Below are positions 13,331 through 25,900 of a DNA stretch of 64,000 bases, one piece after another. The notes under the pieces were generated by a model. The model had not been told where the DNA came from. It saw only the letters and a list, made by a program, of their open reading frames with translations, and searched no databases. This stretch comes from Octopus sinensis (taxonomy: Eukaryota). Each line of letters begins with the position of its first letter. Within the stretch, counting starts at the first letter, position 1. Location of the stretch: positions 95,418,001-95,482,000 of the forward strand of contig NC_043006.1 in assembly GCF_006345805.1 (NCBI RefSeq), in the 5' to 3' direction. The translations under genes and the position numbers were made by a program.

Positions 13331-15257
13331 AGCTAAGCGATTTCTGTTACTTTTAGTTTAGCTCTTTGAGTCTTTATCAGTGTACGAGTTAAGCGTTTTC
13401 AACGCGTTTTCATTTCATTTCGAAAGTGAAAGTAAAACACGTGCTCACAGACTTAGCAATCTCATAACAATACTAAGCATAAATAGCCCAAACGAAAAAC
13501 GCAAGACTTTAAAATACATAAACATCAAAAGAAAGAAGAACAGCAAATTTAGAGGAATCTAGTTGAACTGAAATACGGTATGATGCAGGACTTTGAAGCA
13601 CATTGTGAAATTTCCAAAAATAAATTCTGCGTAATTTTCTCCGAAATAATTCATTGGTAATTTGAATGTCACAAGTGCAAATGTCTTTAGTAGAAAATAA
13701 AAAAAATAAAAGATTATAAAAGCTGCTGCCCTCTGTTTTCAGTTTTACTCTAAGTAAAGTATCTATAAGGATATTTGCACCAACGACATCACATTTGATT
13801 GGTTCTTAACATTTTACTATGCATCCTTCTGTTGAGTTCGTTAATACAAAAACCCAATTTCGTTTATCATAGATGTTTATAGCGTGACAATACCTATATA
13901 ACAAAAGTAACATTTCCATGCAAGACTAGGACTCTTGGCTGGCAAATAACTATGCCGTTTCAATATTATCAACTGATTTCGCTAAGCAAAAGCATTAAAA
14001 CGTATTTTGCTTTGCCAAATATAACAAGCGAAGTAGAGGAAGTGAAGCTCGAGAGGGGAGAGGAGGTCGATATGTCGTGTCTGTCGTGTGATTTGCTGCA
14101 CTACGAAGGGAAATTCAACAGGAAACGAGGTCTATGTTCTACGGCTTACGTAGACATAGATAAATCGATGTGTATGTCTGCCGCTGTTTGTGTAAATGAG
14201 TGTGTGCTTGCTTGCTTGCTAGCATGCGTGTATGTTTACGTGTGGAGATGTTTGTCTAAATATGAGTGTTGCTATTAATGTTATTTATTTAGCCCTAGGT
14301 CACTTCTAATCCAGTATGATTAAATGCATTACTTCTATGGTCATCCCGTCTTTACTATTGGGACATAGGCGTGCATTATCAAGTAAATTTCATATGTCTA
14401 CTTAAAACGTTCAAATGTGTCTGACGGAAATCTCTGTTGTTTGTTATTTCTAGCAAAGTGAAAGGTAACACATTTTCTCCAGCCAGATAATCCTGGTGTT
14501 AAACAACAACAAAAGCAACGGCATGAACAACAGCAATACAAATACAAAAAATCTGCAGGAGTCTACAATATATACTGTTTATTGTAAGAAAACCATTGCA
14601 ATTTTTCTAATAATGTATTTTCGCCTGAATATGAGGAAACAAAGATCAAACATTTTAGCGTAGATTTGCTAAATTTTAGTTCTTCTCCTCTGATATTTAT
14701 ACATATACACGAGAATGGGTATAAATCCTTTAGATACAGCTGGGCGATGCCCCCTCCCTATGCAAAGTAATGTGTATGGTTCCTTTTTATTCCCAGCAAC
14801 CCAGTAAAAAATAGCAAAATGAACTTGTGAAATTTGTAGAGACCAAATTGATTTTAAGAACTGGATGGACTTTTTGGCGAGGCAAACTTGCCCAGGATTA
14901 TCTGCACGTAAGGAATCTCTCTCGCTCTTTCTCTCTCACTCTCTCTTCTCTATTGCTGAACAAATAACGATCTAGGATGTGAAGAAATCAGGAATGCTTT
15001 TTAAACTATAAACTGTCTTCTCTTTATGAGAAATGTTTAACTCTGTAACGAGTTGAATTTATCTTCATTTGTCTCATTTTTCATGTTGTATGTATTTATG
15101 TATGTATGAATGTATGAATGTATGTATGTATGCATGTATGTATGTATACATGTATGTATGTATGTATGTATGCATGTATGTATGCATGTATGTATGTATC
15201 TATGTATGCATGTATGCATGCATGTATGCATGTATGTATGTGTATATGTATGTATGT

Positions 15258-15450
15258 ATGATCGCTAGCCACTAAACCTTTTTCTATTTTCTCTCCCTGT
15301 TTCTTTCTGCGTTCCTTTCTGTTGAAGAGCGTAGGCTCGAAACGTAAAAGATTTTCTCACTTCCCGAGAGTTAAACTAATACATCTGTTTGTGGTTTACA
15401 CACCCGTCTTCGTCTTTTGTTTTGTTTAGTTTTTTTATGTAAATTCCAAC
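15258..15450 (+). mobile_element. Penelope-like pseudo-LTR remnant with a degenerate hammerhead motif
   Basis: CTTT-CTGTTGA-A-GAGC-GTAG-GCTC-GAAACGTA-AAAG at 15315-15350; homologous to 5855-6055. Confidence 0.55.
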
Positions 15451-16735
15451 TATGTATGTAGAGATGTATGCCCAGTATTTTGCACAATAAAATAGTTGTC
15501 GGAAATACTTATAACCAAACATGAAGCTATGGAAGTTCCCATTATTGTCAAGTGTTTCCGGCAAGTGTATTCAGATGAAATCCATGCGGGTTATAACCAG
15601 CACATTTGTCCGAGTGTCAAAACACGTGGATTTGGATTCAGCCTCACTATGGCACCTTAAGTATCTTCTACTGTAGCCCCGGACTGACCAATGACTGTGA
15701 GAGAATTTGCTTCGAGGAACCGTAGCGAATCTGTTGTGTGTGTGAGTATGTGTGTGTGTTTGTGTGTGTGTATGTGTTTGTATGTATGAGTCTCTCTTTC
15801 ACTGTCTCTCTCTCTCTCTCTCTGCATATATATATATACATATATGTATTTATGTATGTGTGTGTGTTTGTTTGCGCGTATGTTTTCGTGCATGTGTCTG
15901 TCCCTACCGCTTGATAAGAGATTTTGATTTCTTACACACCCCATAACTTAACGACTTGTCAAAAGATAATCAATACAATAAATACCAGCATTCAGGAAAA
16001 ATAACTATTGGGGTCGAATTGTTTAAACAAACCTCACAATTAAAAGATAAAAGAGTTTGAAACTTATTCAAATTTGATAAACTTGACATCAAAAATATAT
16101 TATTTCAAAGTCAGTTGATGGAATGAGCATTAAATCTTAACATTGGAAAATACTTTTTACGACACCTGCAAAATATTAGATTAGCAAAGAGATATAAAAG
16201 ATATGAATGGAGGTATACAAGAATATAATTTATGCCTGTGTAACGATATCAATAGCAAGGATATAATAATATTCCAGTCCATATTCTCTGAGTTCTCCGA
16301 AATCCCATCACGTATAGAATTATTTTCCTGCAATATAAGAGATATAAGTTTCCCAGCATTATTATGTAGATGCCACACACACAAACAGACATACGTGCAC
16401 AGTTACAACATAAATCAGTATGAGATTCATACCACACGAAAGAGATCGATATAGAATCAATTCTAAAGTCAATATAATAGATACTAGCGCCTGTGGCTAT
16501 AGGCTATTCCTTAAACCTGAGCAATTTATGCCGACCTCAAGATATTTGTCGTTGCGCCAATGGTTAAAATGGTAACGTTTCGAGTTCAAATTCCGCCGAG
16601 CGCACTTTACCTTTCATTCTTTTGAGGTCGATGAAATACGAACCACCTTAGCGCTGGTAGTGATATAATCGACTAACGTCCCACTAAATTTTCTGACCTT
16701 GCACCAATATTTCCTAACATTATTATTATTAATAA

Positions 16736-17794
16736 CTAGCATTATGACCCGTCGTTGCCGGGTCATAGTGCTAGTGCATGTATATATGTGATAACAATAC
16801 TCAAAATATATAACAGACTGGAATTGTAAGCCCGTCTCTTGCAATTTCGATCAATTGTATCTTGTCCTCCCCCTTGTATAGAAGTGTGGCTACAATCCAG
16901 CCTACCTCTACTTCTGGGGGGAGGGCATTTTTAATTTTCATCTGGCACGTCCAACGACCCAGATATATAGGTAAAAATAAGATATTTCCACTTTGCAAGG
17001 TTCGAGTCGAGTACTCCCTTGCACGCTGCGTTGACTCGAACCTTGCTTCTATTGTGGCGAATTTACCGCCTCTGGTTAGATATCTTTCATAGTCGCACCA
17101 AGACACTTTTCGATGGTGCTTTCCTCCAGGTGTTCAAATCTTCTTTTTTCTCTACATTGTATACCTTATAGACAATAGTCTTTTCTTTAATTTAATTTTT
17201 TATTATCCATCTCGACTATTCCATTTCTGCACGCTAATTTTATTTTTAATTTATTCCCATTCATGTGAAACCACTTATTCAAGTTCAAATCATTGATGCA
17301 ATTTTATACTAATTGGTATTTTTACTTTTGCTATGTTACGATTATATTATACTTTAGTTTGATTTTAATTATTACTTACTACATATAATTCAATTGTTAT
17401 TATTTTTATTGTTAAATTGAAAATAGAGAAGCGTTTTTGTTTCACTTTTAACACGTGATACTGAAATAGTGGAGAAGATATGATATTGCTATGGGCTCGC
17501 TCTAGGCATGAAGTTGAACATTTTTTCTCATGAAACTACATGGACCCTAAGTAAGGCATGTGTAAAATTTGAATGGAATTGGTTGTGTAGTTCTCAAGTT
17601 TTAGGGAATCGTAGTGGAGAAGATATGATATTGCTGTGGGCTCGCCCTAGGCAAAAATTTAAATTTATTTGCCGATGACACTCCCCGGACCTTAAGTAAG
17701 GCATGTGTAAAATTTGAATGAAATTGGTTGTGTAGTTCTCAAGTTTTAGGGAAACACACAGACAGGCACACATTCTCAGTTTTATGTATAGAGA
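16736..17794 (-). mobile_element. Non-autonomous Helitron carrying a captured Tx1 ORF1 fragment (empty-site copy)
   Basis: Minus-strand 5' TC at ~17794 and 3' hairpin plus CTAG|T at 16739-16736. Internal ~148-bp tandem duplication at 17465-17752. Colinear with 22248-22736 plus 33159-33843. Confidence 0.85.
16830..17200 (-). pseudogene. Frameshifted fragment of a Tx1-type ORF1 (RRM-like region) inside the Helitron
   Basis: Across frameshifts it reads KTIVYKVYNVEKK..RFEHLEESTIEKCLGATMKDI..YLTRGGKFATIEARF..LFLPIYLGR..LPPEVEVGWIVATLL. This aligns with LINE ORF1 KRIIYKTYDTTKKMIQKIEEKKIEFCLKPFMDKITYINRGKRYGTVEVRF..LLPLYKGK..IPPEADAECLVAAV. Confidence 0.8.
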
Positions 17795-17811
17795 GGTAGT
17801 ATTGGTTGTTG

Positions 17812-18139
17812 CTGTTGTTTGTTTGTTTGTTGAGCGAAGCGGTCTTCGTCCCAGAGCTCGCAGTGGGAGAAGTCCGAAACGCGGTCCTTTGCTATTCGTA
17901 AGACTCGCTGAAGAGAACGCATGTCAATGCGCATCGAGGGTCAGCGTTTGAAACGAGAAGAAAGAGCGAGAGAAAGTTGGGGCGAAAGAGTACAATAGGG
18001 ACCGCCACCATCCCCTGCCGGAGCCTCGTGGAGCTTTAGGTGTTTTCGCTCAATAAACACACACAACGCTCGGTCTGGGAATCGAAACCGCGATGCTGCG
18101 ACCGCGAGTCCGCTGCCCTAACCACTGGGCCATTGCGCC
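17812..18139 (-). mobile_element. tRNA-derived SINE with an (AAAC)n tail
   Basis: Minus strand starts GGCGCAATGGCCCAGTGGTTAGGGCAGCGGACTCGCGG..GGTTTCGATTCCC (boxes A and B) and ends in (AAAC)n. Confidence 0.8.
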
Positions 18140-18744
18140 ATCACTGTTGCTGTTACTCATGCAGCCTTATTAAGTATAGCAGCAGAATGCTTTCCGATGC
18201 TGCGAAGCTGATCGATGACGGGTTCAACATTTGAGCTGTCCTCCAAAATGCTTCATTTCCCAAGTTAATGAATTTGTAATGAGCAGGAAAGTCTTTAGCG
18301 CACCTTCTTCTGTTTTTTCTTCTTTCTCCTGAACTCTTATTCTCACAAATCAAGATTTTATATGAGAATTTCTATTTTGCTATGCAAATGTAATTAGCAT
18401 TTTTCAATTAACCATAATTAATGGCGTCTTCTAAATTGATATTTTCGTCAACCGCCGTGCTACTGCGAAATAACAATTTATTACCAATGCCGAGACCGTT
18501 ATGTTAAGAACCGATAGGTGGCGCTTCTACAGCTCATACTATTAAGTAGAGCAGTGGTGGTGGGTGATCGTTGACACAAAATAGCCGTCAACATTTTCTT
18601 TGCTTGTAGTAGTAGTAGTAGTAGTAGTAGTAGTTTTAGGTGGTGTGGTGGTAGCTGCAGCAGCAGCAGTAGCAGCAAAAATTGTTGGTGTTACAATCTT
18701 GTAGAAGGCGTGGTTATGGTAGATGTTGTAGTGGTAATGTTATC

Positions 18745-19200
18745 AGCATAGTAGTAGTAGTAGAAATAGTAGTGATGGTAGTAGTAGTAGTAGTAGTAGT
18801 AGTGATGGTGGTGGTGGTAGAAGTAGCGATGGTGGTGGTGGTGTTGCTGTTGGTGGTGGTGGTATTGCTGTTGGTGGTGTTGGTAGTCGTGGTGGTGTTA
18901 GTAGTAGTAGTAGCGATGGTGGTGGTGGTAGTAGTAGCGGTGGTGGTGGTGGTGTTGCTGTTGGTGGTGGTGGTATTGCTGTTGGTGGTGTTGGTAGTCG
19001 TGGTGGTGTTAGTAGTAGTAGTAGTAGTAGTAGTAGTAGCGATGGTGGTGGTGGTAGTAGTAGCGGTGGTGGTGGTGTTGCTGTTGGTGGTGGTGTTGTT
19101 GCTGTTGGTAGTGGTGGTGTTGCTGTTGGTGGTGTTGCTGTTGATGGTGGTGGTGTTGCTGTTGGTGGTGTTGGTAGTGGTGGTGGTGGTAGTAGTAGAA
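18745..19200. repeat. Compound (GGT/GTA/GTT)n microsatellite with internal higher-order duplication
   Basis: Direct reading; the block GTGTTGCTGTTGGTGGTGGTGGTATTGCTG..GTCGTGG occurs twice. Confidence 0.9.
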
Positions 19201-19254
19201 ATTGTAATCGGTTTCCAAATTGATTTATGACTCATACGATGAATAACATTTACA

Positions 19255-19465
19255 TTGGTTTCAAATTTGGCTACAGGGGGGGGGCAGAAGGTTTGGGGAA
19301 GGAGCACTGGGATCGATTAATTCCATCCTTGTGTTCGATTGGTACTTTTTTTTTATCGAAAGCAAAGTCGATCTTGGACGCATTTGAATTCAGATCGTAA
19401 AGACGGACGAAATGCCGCTAAGCATTTCATCCGGAGGACAGACATTTCTGCCAGTTTGCCACCTT
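19255..19465 (-). mobile_element. SINE (family starting GGYGAGCTGGCAGAA)
   Basis: Reverse complement matches 40473-40682 and 61008-61190. Confidence 0.65.
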
Positions 19466-20595
19466 AATGAATAAAATTGATACTGAAATGTCTATTGTGC
19501 ATCTGTGTGTGTATGTGTGTATGTATGTGTGTGTGTACATACACATATACATACATATATGTATGCACATATGTATGTATTTATGTATAACTGACGCACT
19601 AACGTCATTCGATGCGAACTAGCAACGAGACAGGTCCTACTTTGCATGCTTCAGATAACCCTGAAAAAGAAGAACCATCTGTTCCTTGTTCATTTTTTGT
19701 TTGTTTTTCATTTTGTTTTTCATGCTATAAAATATGTTAAAAGCTATTATAAGTCAATACCGTGTTCTACTGTGTTAGCAGTGCTATTACATTACTTGTT
19801 AAGGCTATTTCTACAGATACCTATACAAATTAATAATCAGAACTGATTTTTTTCTACGACGTTCCTTATCAATCTGTGAGATCGAAGATGAAAAATGGGT
19901 GATGTGTGTATGTGCCATATTTCGGGAGGTTTTGATCTTTCATCACTACCTGTTTAACCCATTAATCCTCCACGCAAACATTGCTTAAACAACCACCCAC
20001 AAATAAAGCGGAGCAAGGACATTGGCTATACCAATTTTACATATGCACTTTACTGGAAACTGGTGTGTTAATATTAGTGATTTGTGGGGAAACGATATTT
20101 CGTTCGTTATGCCACCGTAAATACGCTAACACGGTAGAAGAGAGTATTGGCTTATAGAGACGATTAATATAATTTTTAGGATATTATGGCTGCATAGCGA
20201 AATACCGCGTCGCTATTATGTGGATGTTATTTACAGGATTGTAAACGCGACGCCGTATAAATAACCATTCGTACCGAAAGCATATAGAAAGTTTGTTTGC
20301 ATAAAAGCAAACACGGACTATTATAGTTTTTAAATTTGACAGAAATGGAGAGGCTAACTCCCTGGTGTAAAATTAACACACTTAGTCATGTTAACAAAGG
20401 GATGTGGGTTCGACTCCCACACGAATAGGAAAGCCTTCTTTCTTTCTGTCGAGACCTTATATGTCCCTTTATTTGATTATTTTCCTTAGTCATTGCACGG
20501 TGATCGCCATAAGCTTTGAGCTTATATAAAAACACCAATATTATCATTTGCAGGATTGTAAACTCGACACTGTATAAAGAACGATTCGCACCGTC

Positions 20596-20635
<40 letters not shown>

Positions 20636-20649
20636 GTGTGTGTGTGTGA

Positions 20650-20850
20650 CCAGTGTGTACACTTGGCGATTTTTTCTCCGTCTTCCCTTCCTTGGATCTT
20701 TCATTTTCCTATGTTTCTGAGGAAGAGCTCCGCTCGAAACGTTAAATCCTCCTTCTTTCCTTCCTTTCCTGAGCGTCCAATAACACTATACCTGTTCCAC
20801 GTCCTCGCGTTGTTGTGTTTTCTCTTTGTGTTTTCATGTCTGGATTAACT
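20650..20850 (+). mobile_element. Penelope-like pseudo-LTR remnant with a hammerhead-like motif (20713-20747)
   Basis: GTTT-CTGAGGA-A-GAGC-TCC-GCTC-GAAACGTT-AAAT; near-identical copy at 59290-59466. Confidence 0.65.
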
Positions 20851-21478
20851 AAATATATATTTATATATATGCATGTATGTATATGTATGCATACAAACAA
20901 ACCCCCAAACACCCGTCCAGTACAAATACATATGCATAATCAAACATGTAGATAGATAGACAGATAGATAGATAGATTGATTGATAGAGAGTGACCAAGA
21001 GATAGATAGATAGACAGACAGATGGTGAGAGAGAAAATAGGGAGAGAAAAGGAGAGAGAGAGAGAGAAAGAAAGGGAGGAGAGAGACATAGATAATAAGG
21101 TAATGTGTAAATATGCACAGTAGATTGTACACTATAAGCTTGTTTGAAAGACTCTCAGCGATCGCTTTTGTTCCTTTTTTCGTGTTGAGTGTAGAATCTC
21201 TGCAAAACAGAATTGAGTGGATGGGAGTAAAACATTGATTCTTTTCCGTCATTTAAAACATTGGAAACGTAATACGCAAACACACACCGTCAAAATAGCT
21301 TAAAACATCGTCATCGGCATCATAATATATACATACGTGCGCGCATGTGTGTGCGTGTGTGTATGTGTATGTGTATGTGTGTGACTTTGCTTGTATACCC
21401 CAGCAGGGCCGCAGTCTAGTGTCTAAAAGAAACAAAAGATAAGAAAAGGTAAAAGTTAAATAGATAGCTAGATAGATA

Positions 21479-22140
21479 AGTTTCTTTATTGGCCACACAG
21501 GGCTGCACACAGATGGGACAAATTACGAGGTAGAGCTTTTCTTTCGGGGGATGAGAAAGAAAAAGTGGCGTAGTTTTCGATGAAAAGGGATCGTAAAATG
21601 GAAAAAAGAAAAAAAAGAAAAAAAGACAAAAAAGGAAAAGAAACAAAAGAAAAGAAAAAAGAAAAAAGAAGAACAAAGAGGGGAAAAAGGGGAAAAGGAA
21701 AAAAAAAATATCAATAGGGATCGTGTATCACAGTGTCATGATGTACAGTGTAAAGAGGTAAGCAGATAAGGTTTATCCGTGGGAAGAAAAGCCTACAAAA
21801 AAAGACCACGGTAACCGCGGCTAATATTGTTATATGTTACCACATTTGTTTGCAAGTGGGTAACCCTCTGTTTTCAATTTCCGGGTTCATAGGATTATGC
21901 TCAAGATCGCTTCGTCATTCATACGTGCCATCCTTGCTACATTCACCCATCTGTTTTTTAAAACGTTCGCTAGACAAAACTTGCCTCTCTACTCTCACTT
22001 TCCTTTTCAAGTGGTACTTGAAGAAGTTGATTAGAGATTGACCAGAGAGGAAATTGTTTGTCTCCAATCCTTTCAGACGCGTCCACCAGATACATTCTTT
22101 CGCCATAGCCACAAGGATGATGAAAATAGCTCTTCCTTCC
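21479..22140 (-). mobile_element. 5'-truncated Tx1-like LINE (ORF2 C-terminus plus 3' UTR) inserted in (GATA)n
   Basis: AMAKECIWWTRLKGLETNNFLSGQSLINFFKYHLKRK aligns with LINE ORF2 AIAKEVIWKTRMKGLQSGKFISGPGLMNYFIFHLKRK. It has the same 3' tail motif and an 11-bp TSD CTAGATAGATA (21468-21478, 22141-22151). Confidence 0.85.
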
Positions 22141-22141
22141 C

Positions 22142-22190
<49 letters not shown>

Positions 22191-22983
22191 GGTTCGATGG
22201 ATGCATAGATAGATATCGAATTCATCTGTTTTTATTTATATAACTGACTAGCATTAAAGACCCGGCGTTGCCGGGTCATAATGATAGTGCATATATATAT
22301 GTGTGTATATATGTGTACACATTACATTGACATCTATATATATACACATCTACACATAATATACAAAATGCGAATTATATCTTGATATCGCTAGTGATAA
22401 CAATACTCAAAATATATAACAGACTGGAATTGTTAGCTCGTCTCTTATAATTTCGATCAATTGTATCTTGTCCTCCCTTTTGTATAGAAGTGTGGCTACA
22501 ATCCAGCCTACCTCTACTTCTGGGGTGGGGGGGCATTTAAATTTTTTTCCGATACGTCCTACGTCCCAGCTATAAAGGTAAAAATAAAATATTTCCACTT
22601 TGCAAGTTCGAGTCGGGTACTCCCTTGCACGCTCCGTTGACTCGAACCTTGCTTCTATTGTGGCGAATTTACCGCCTCTGGTTAGATATCTTTCATAGTC
22701 GCACCAAGACACTTTTCGATGGTGCTTTCCTCCAGGTTGTTTTATTACTACCCACAAGGGGCGAACATAGATGGGACAATACAATCTGATGATGGGGTCA
22801 GACAAACGAGTGGGTTTTTACAATAAATCGGATTTAAAAATTTTCATGAATTACAATAAATGGACAGAAATCGAATGATGGGACAGACCGGAAGACATTA
22901 CGGGTGGAGTGGGTGCGGGTTTAGCTCGGACCCTACGAGCCCCGCCTCCCCACTGATACTTTTGGTTGCGCTTGGTATTACAT

Positions 22984-25900
22984 TTATGTTGTATCTTTCA
23001 CTCGCAACTTTCGTGCTACATCCTTCCATCGTTCTTCATACACTCTCCTAGTCAGGCATATTCTCCCCAGCCCTATCTTCCTTTTCAGGTGAAAGATGAA
23101 ATAATTCATCAAACCAGGGCCGGAGATGAACTTGCCTGACTGTAAACCTTTCATTCTCGTCTTCCATATCACCTCTTTCGCAATTGCTACTACAACGAGA
23201 AAACGAAAGTTACCGTCATTCACGAGGAAATCCGGTGGGTCAATTTTTGTAATCGACTCAGTCGACAGCTGTACTCTTCGTGTACCTGACAACAGGTGTT
23301 CGGCATAAACCCACACCTCAGACACGTCCGGACAATGAACAATAGCGTGCGGGACGGTTTCCCTATCCCGCCCGCATCTTGGACATATCGGACTGTCTTG
23401 GCCACCGTGCCTTGCGAGTTTATCCCGAACAGGTAGAGCTCCTCTGTAGCATTGCCATGCCAGAGACTTCTGGAAGTTGTCCAGTGTCCTCGGCTCGAAC
23501 GTACGTCGGAACAGACTGGCCAGCTGATTATCGTCGAGACCTAGGGTTTCCCCCAAGGTATCTTCACATTCCGCCTCTACCAACCCTCTATAGAAGAATG
23601 TGGTGGAACCCCCACCGCAGGCGTTGCCCGAGCGACGGAATAGCAGGAGAGCCTTGCGACACTCCGTGTACAAGTACCAAGTTTCGATCTACGATTCAGC
23701 CAGGTTTCCCATCCACCGAAACTAGTGAACTTGGGAAACATCAGTTTTGCTAGCGAAGACCACACCCATTCACCATCCAGGTAGAGCCACAGATGTCTTA
23801 ACCTCAGCGCATGTCTGCGCATCATCAGCCAAGGCATCCCTAGCCCACCCTTTAACGGTTGTTGACAGCAAGTAGAGCGTTTCACAAGTGGTTTCCCGCC
23901 CTTCCACAAGAAGTAGAAGAGCTGTCTTTCCAACTTGATCAACCACGAATCAGGGCAAGGAACGACGGAAAGGCGGTAGGTGATAACCGATGCGATAAAC
24001 ACATTGGCCACCTCAGCCCTCCCTTTCAGGGATAGCCACCGCCAAGACCAGGTCTTGGCTACTGCAGCCACCTTGCTCGTTACCTCGCCCCAATTCTTCT
24101 CTATTTGGAGGTCTGGACCGAACCAGACCCCTAGCAGTTTAATCGGACCCTCCGTCCAACGTCCCACGACGCTGTCAGGAGGCATCGACTTGCCTCTCCA
24201 GGTGCCGAGTTGCAAGCCGACTGACTTTTCGCGATTAACTTTTGCTCCTGTCACCGTCTCGTAAACCTCTATGGCCTTGCCTACTTTACATAGGTGGTCC
24301 CTTTCGGTTACGATGATGGTGATGTCATCCGCGTACGCTGACACTGATTTTCCATTACCTGGCTGTCTCGGGATGCTGCTCAGTTTTCGCAGTAATGGCT
24401 CGAGAGCCATCACGTACAAAAGCGGGGAGAGCGGACACCCTTGACGAACCGAGCGTTTGATTTTGAACGGCTTCGACAAGAAGCCGTTCACCCGAACTAC
24501 CGAGTCGATGTTATCATAAATTTGGATAATCCACCTGAGGAAGCCAAGGCTCAGCCCGAACTGTGCCAGGGCAGATACCAGGTAACGATGGTCGACCCTA
24601 TCAAAAGCTTTAGATTGGTCTAATTGGACCAGTGCCCCACCCTTGCCAGAATCACTATTAAACCCCTCTATAGTGTACCGCATTAGATGGAGATTATCCT
24701 GAATGGATCTGCCCGGAACGGCACATGTCTGTGCCTCTCCGATCAGACCATCCGCGACACGCGCCAATCTTTTCGATAACACTTTGGCCAAAATCTTCAA
24801 CTCTGTGTTTAGTAGAGTGATGGGCCTGAAATTATCAATGCACTCCCCCTTGCTCGGGTCCTTTCTGACGAGAGTCACTACTCCCCGGCGCACAGATCTG
24901 GGTATAAGCCCGTTCTGCTGCCAGTTCGCATAGACCTCCGCCAGTAGGTGCCCGAACAAGTCTGGCATACTCTTATATAACTCATAGGGTAGACCATCCA
25001 AACCCGGCGCCTTGCCCGCGCCGCAGTCCGCCATTGCCTCAACCACCTCCTCAGGCGTGATTGGCCCTTCACAGCCCTCCGCATCTCGCCCCGATAAGCG
25101 CGGCAGCCCGTCGAGTAGCTCCGTAAAGGCCCTCCTCCTATCCAGTCCGCCGCACTCACCGAAAAGCTGAGCGAAGTGCTCCTGAAAGGCCTCACACATC
25201 TCCTCGGGTTCGTTTATCAACTCACCTTGTTGGTTCGTCAAAGATCGAATCGTGGCATCGTTACCATGCCGAGCTTCCACCACTCGGGCCCATCTCACGG
25301 CGTTGATTCCTTCACATCCCATATGGCGGATTCTAGCCCTGACAATGCAGCCCATGTGTTTGGCCTCGAGGTGCTGGTTTAACACCAGTCTCTTGGACGC
25401 CACCTGAGCCGCAGAGCCAGTTTTCATGGCTTCCTCTAATTCCTTAACTAGAGTAGTTTCCCTTCTAGCCTCTCTAGCCACTACTCCTATGCTATATCTA
25501 ATAGACTCAAACTTGATGGCTCGTTTGAGGGCGTACCACCATTTGTTATTAATGATGGTACCAGATAGTGCCCTCTGAATTATATTCCTAATCCGGTCTT
25601 TGTACTCCTTAATCGCCAAAAGGGACGTATTAAGTTTCCAGTAACCGGATCCTCTATTTTTAACCTTATCTATGTCAAGCTTACAAGTGACCATTTTATG
25701 ATCACTGTAGCTGATCGGGTAAAACTGTGGACACTTAGCTATTTTACTGTCTACTTTTCTAATTAGTATTCTATCTAAATATGACCTGGAAGATCCGTCG
25801 CTGTTTGACCATGTCCACAATGGAGCGTTCGGAAATTCCAGCCTATAAGGATCTGCTAGCTCAAAGCGGCTTAGCAGTTCCATGAAGCCACTGTTGCCTT

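Larger units (their letters stand above)
11575..13518. repeat. ~180-bp inverted repeat pair (11575-11753 and 13339-13518)
   Basis: The arms are reverse complements with only a few mismatches, e.g. GAGCTAAACTAAAAGTAACAGAAATC versus GATTTCTGTTACTTTTAGTTTAGCTC. Confidence 0.9.
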
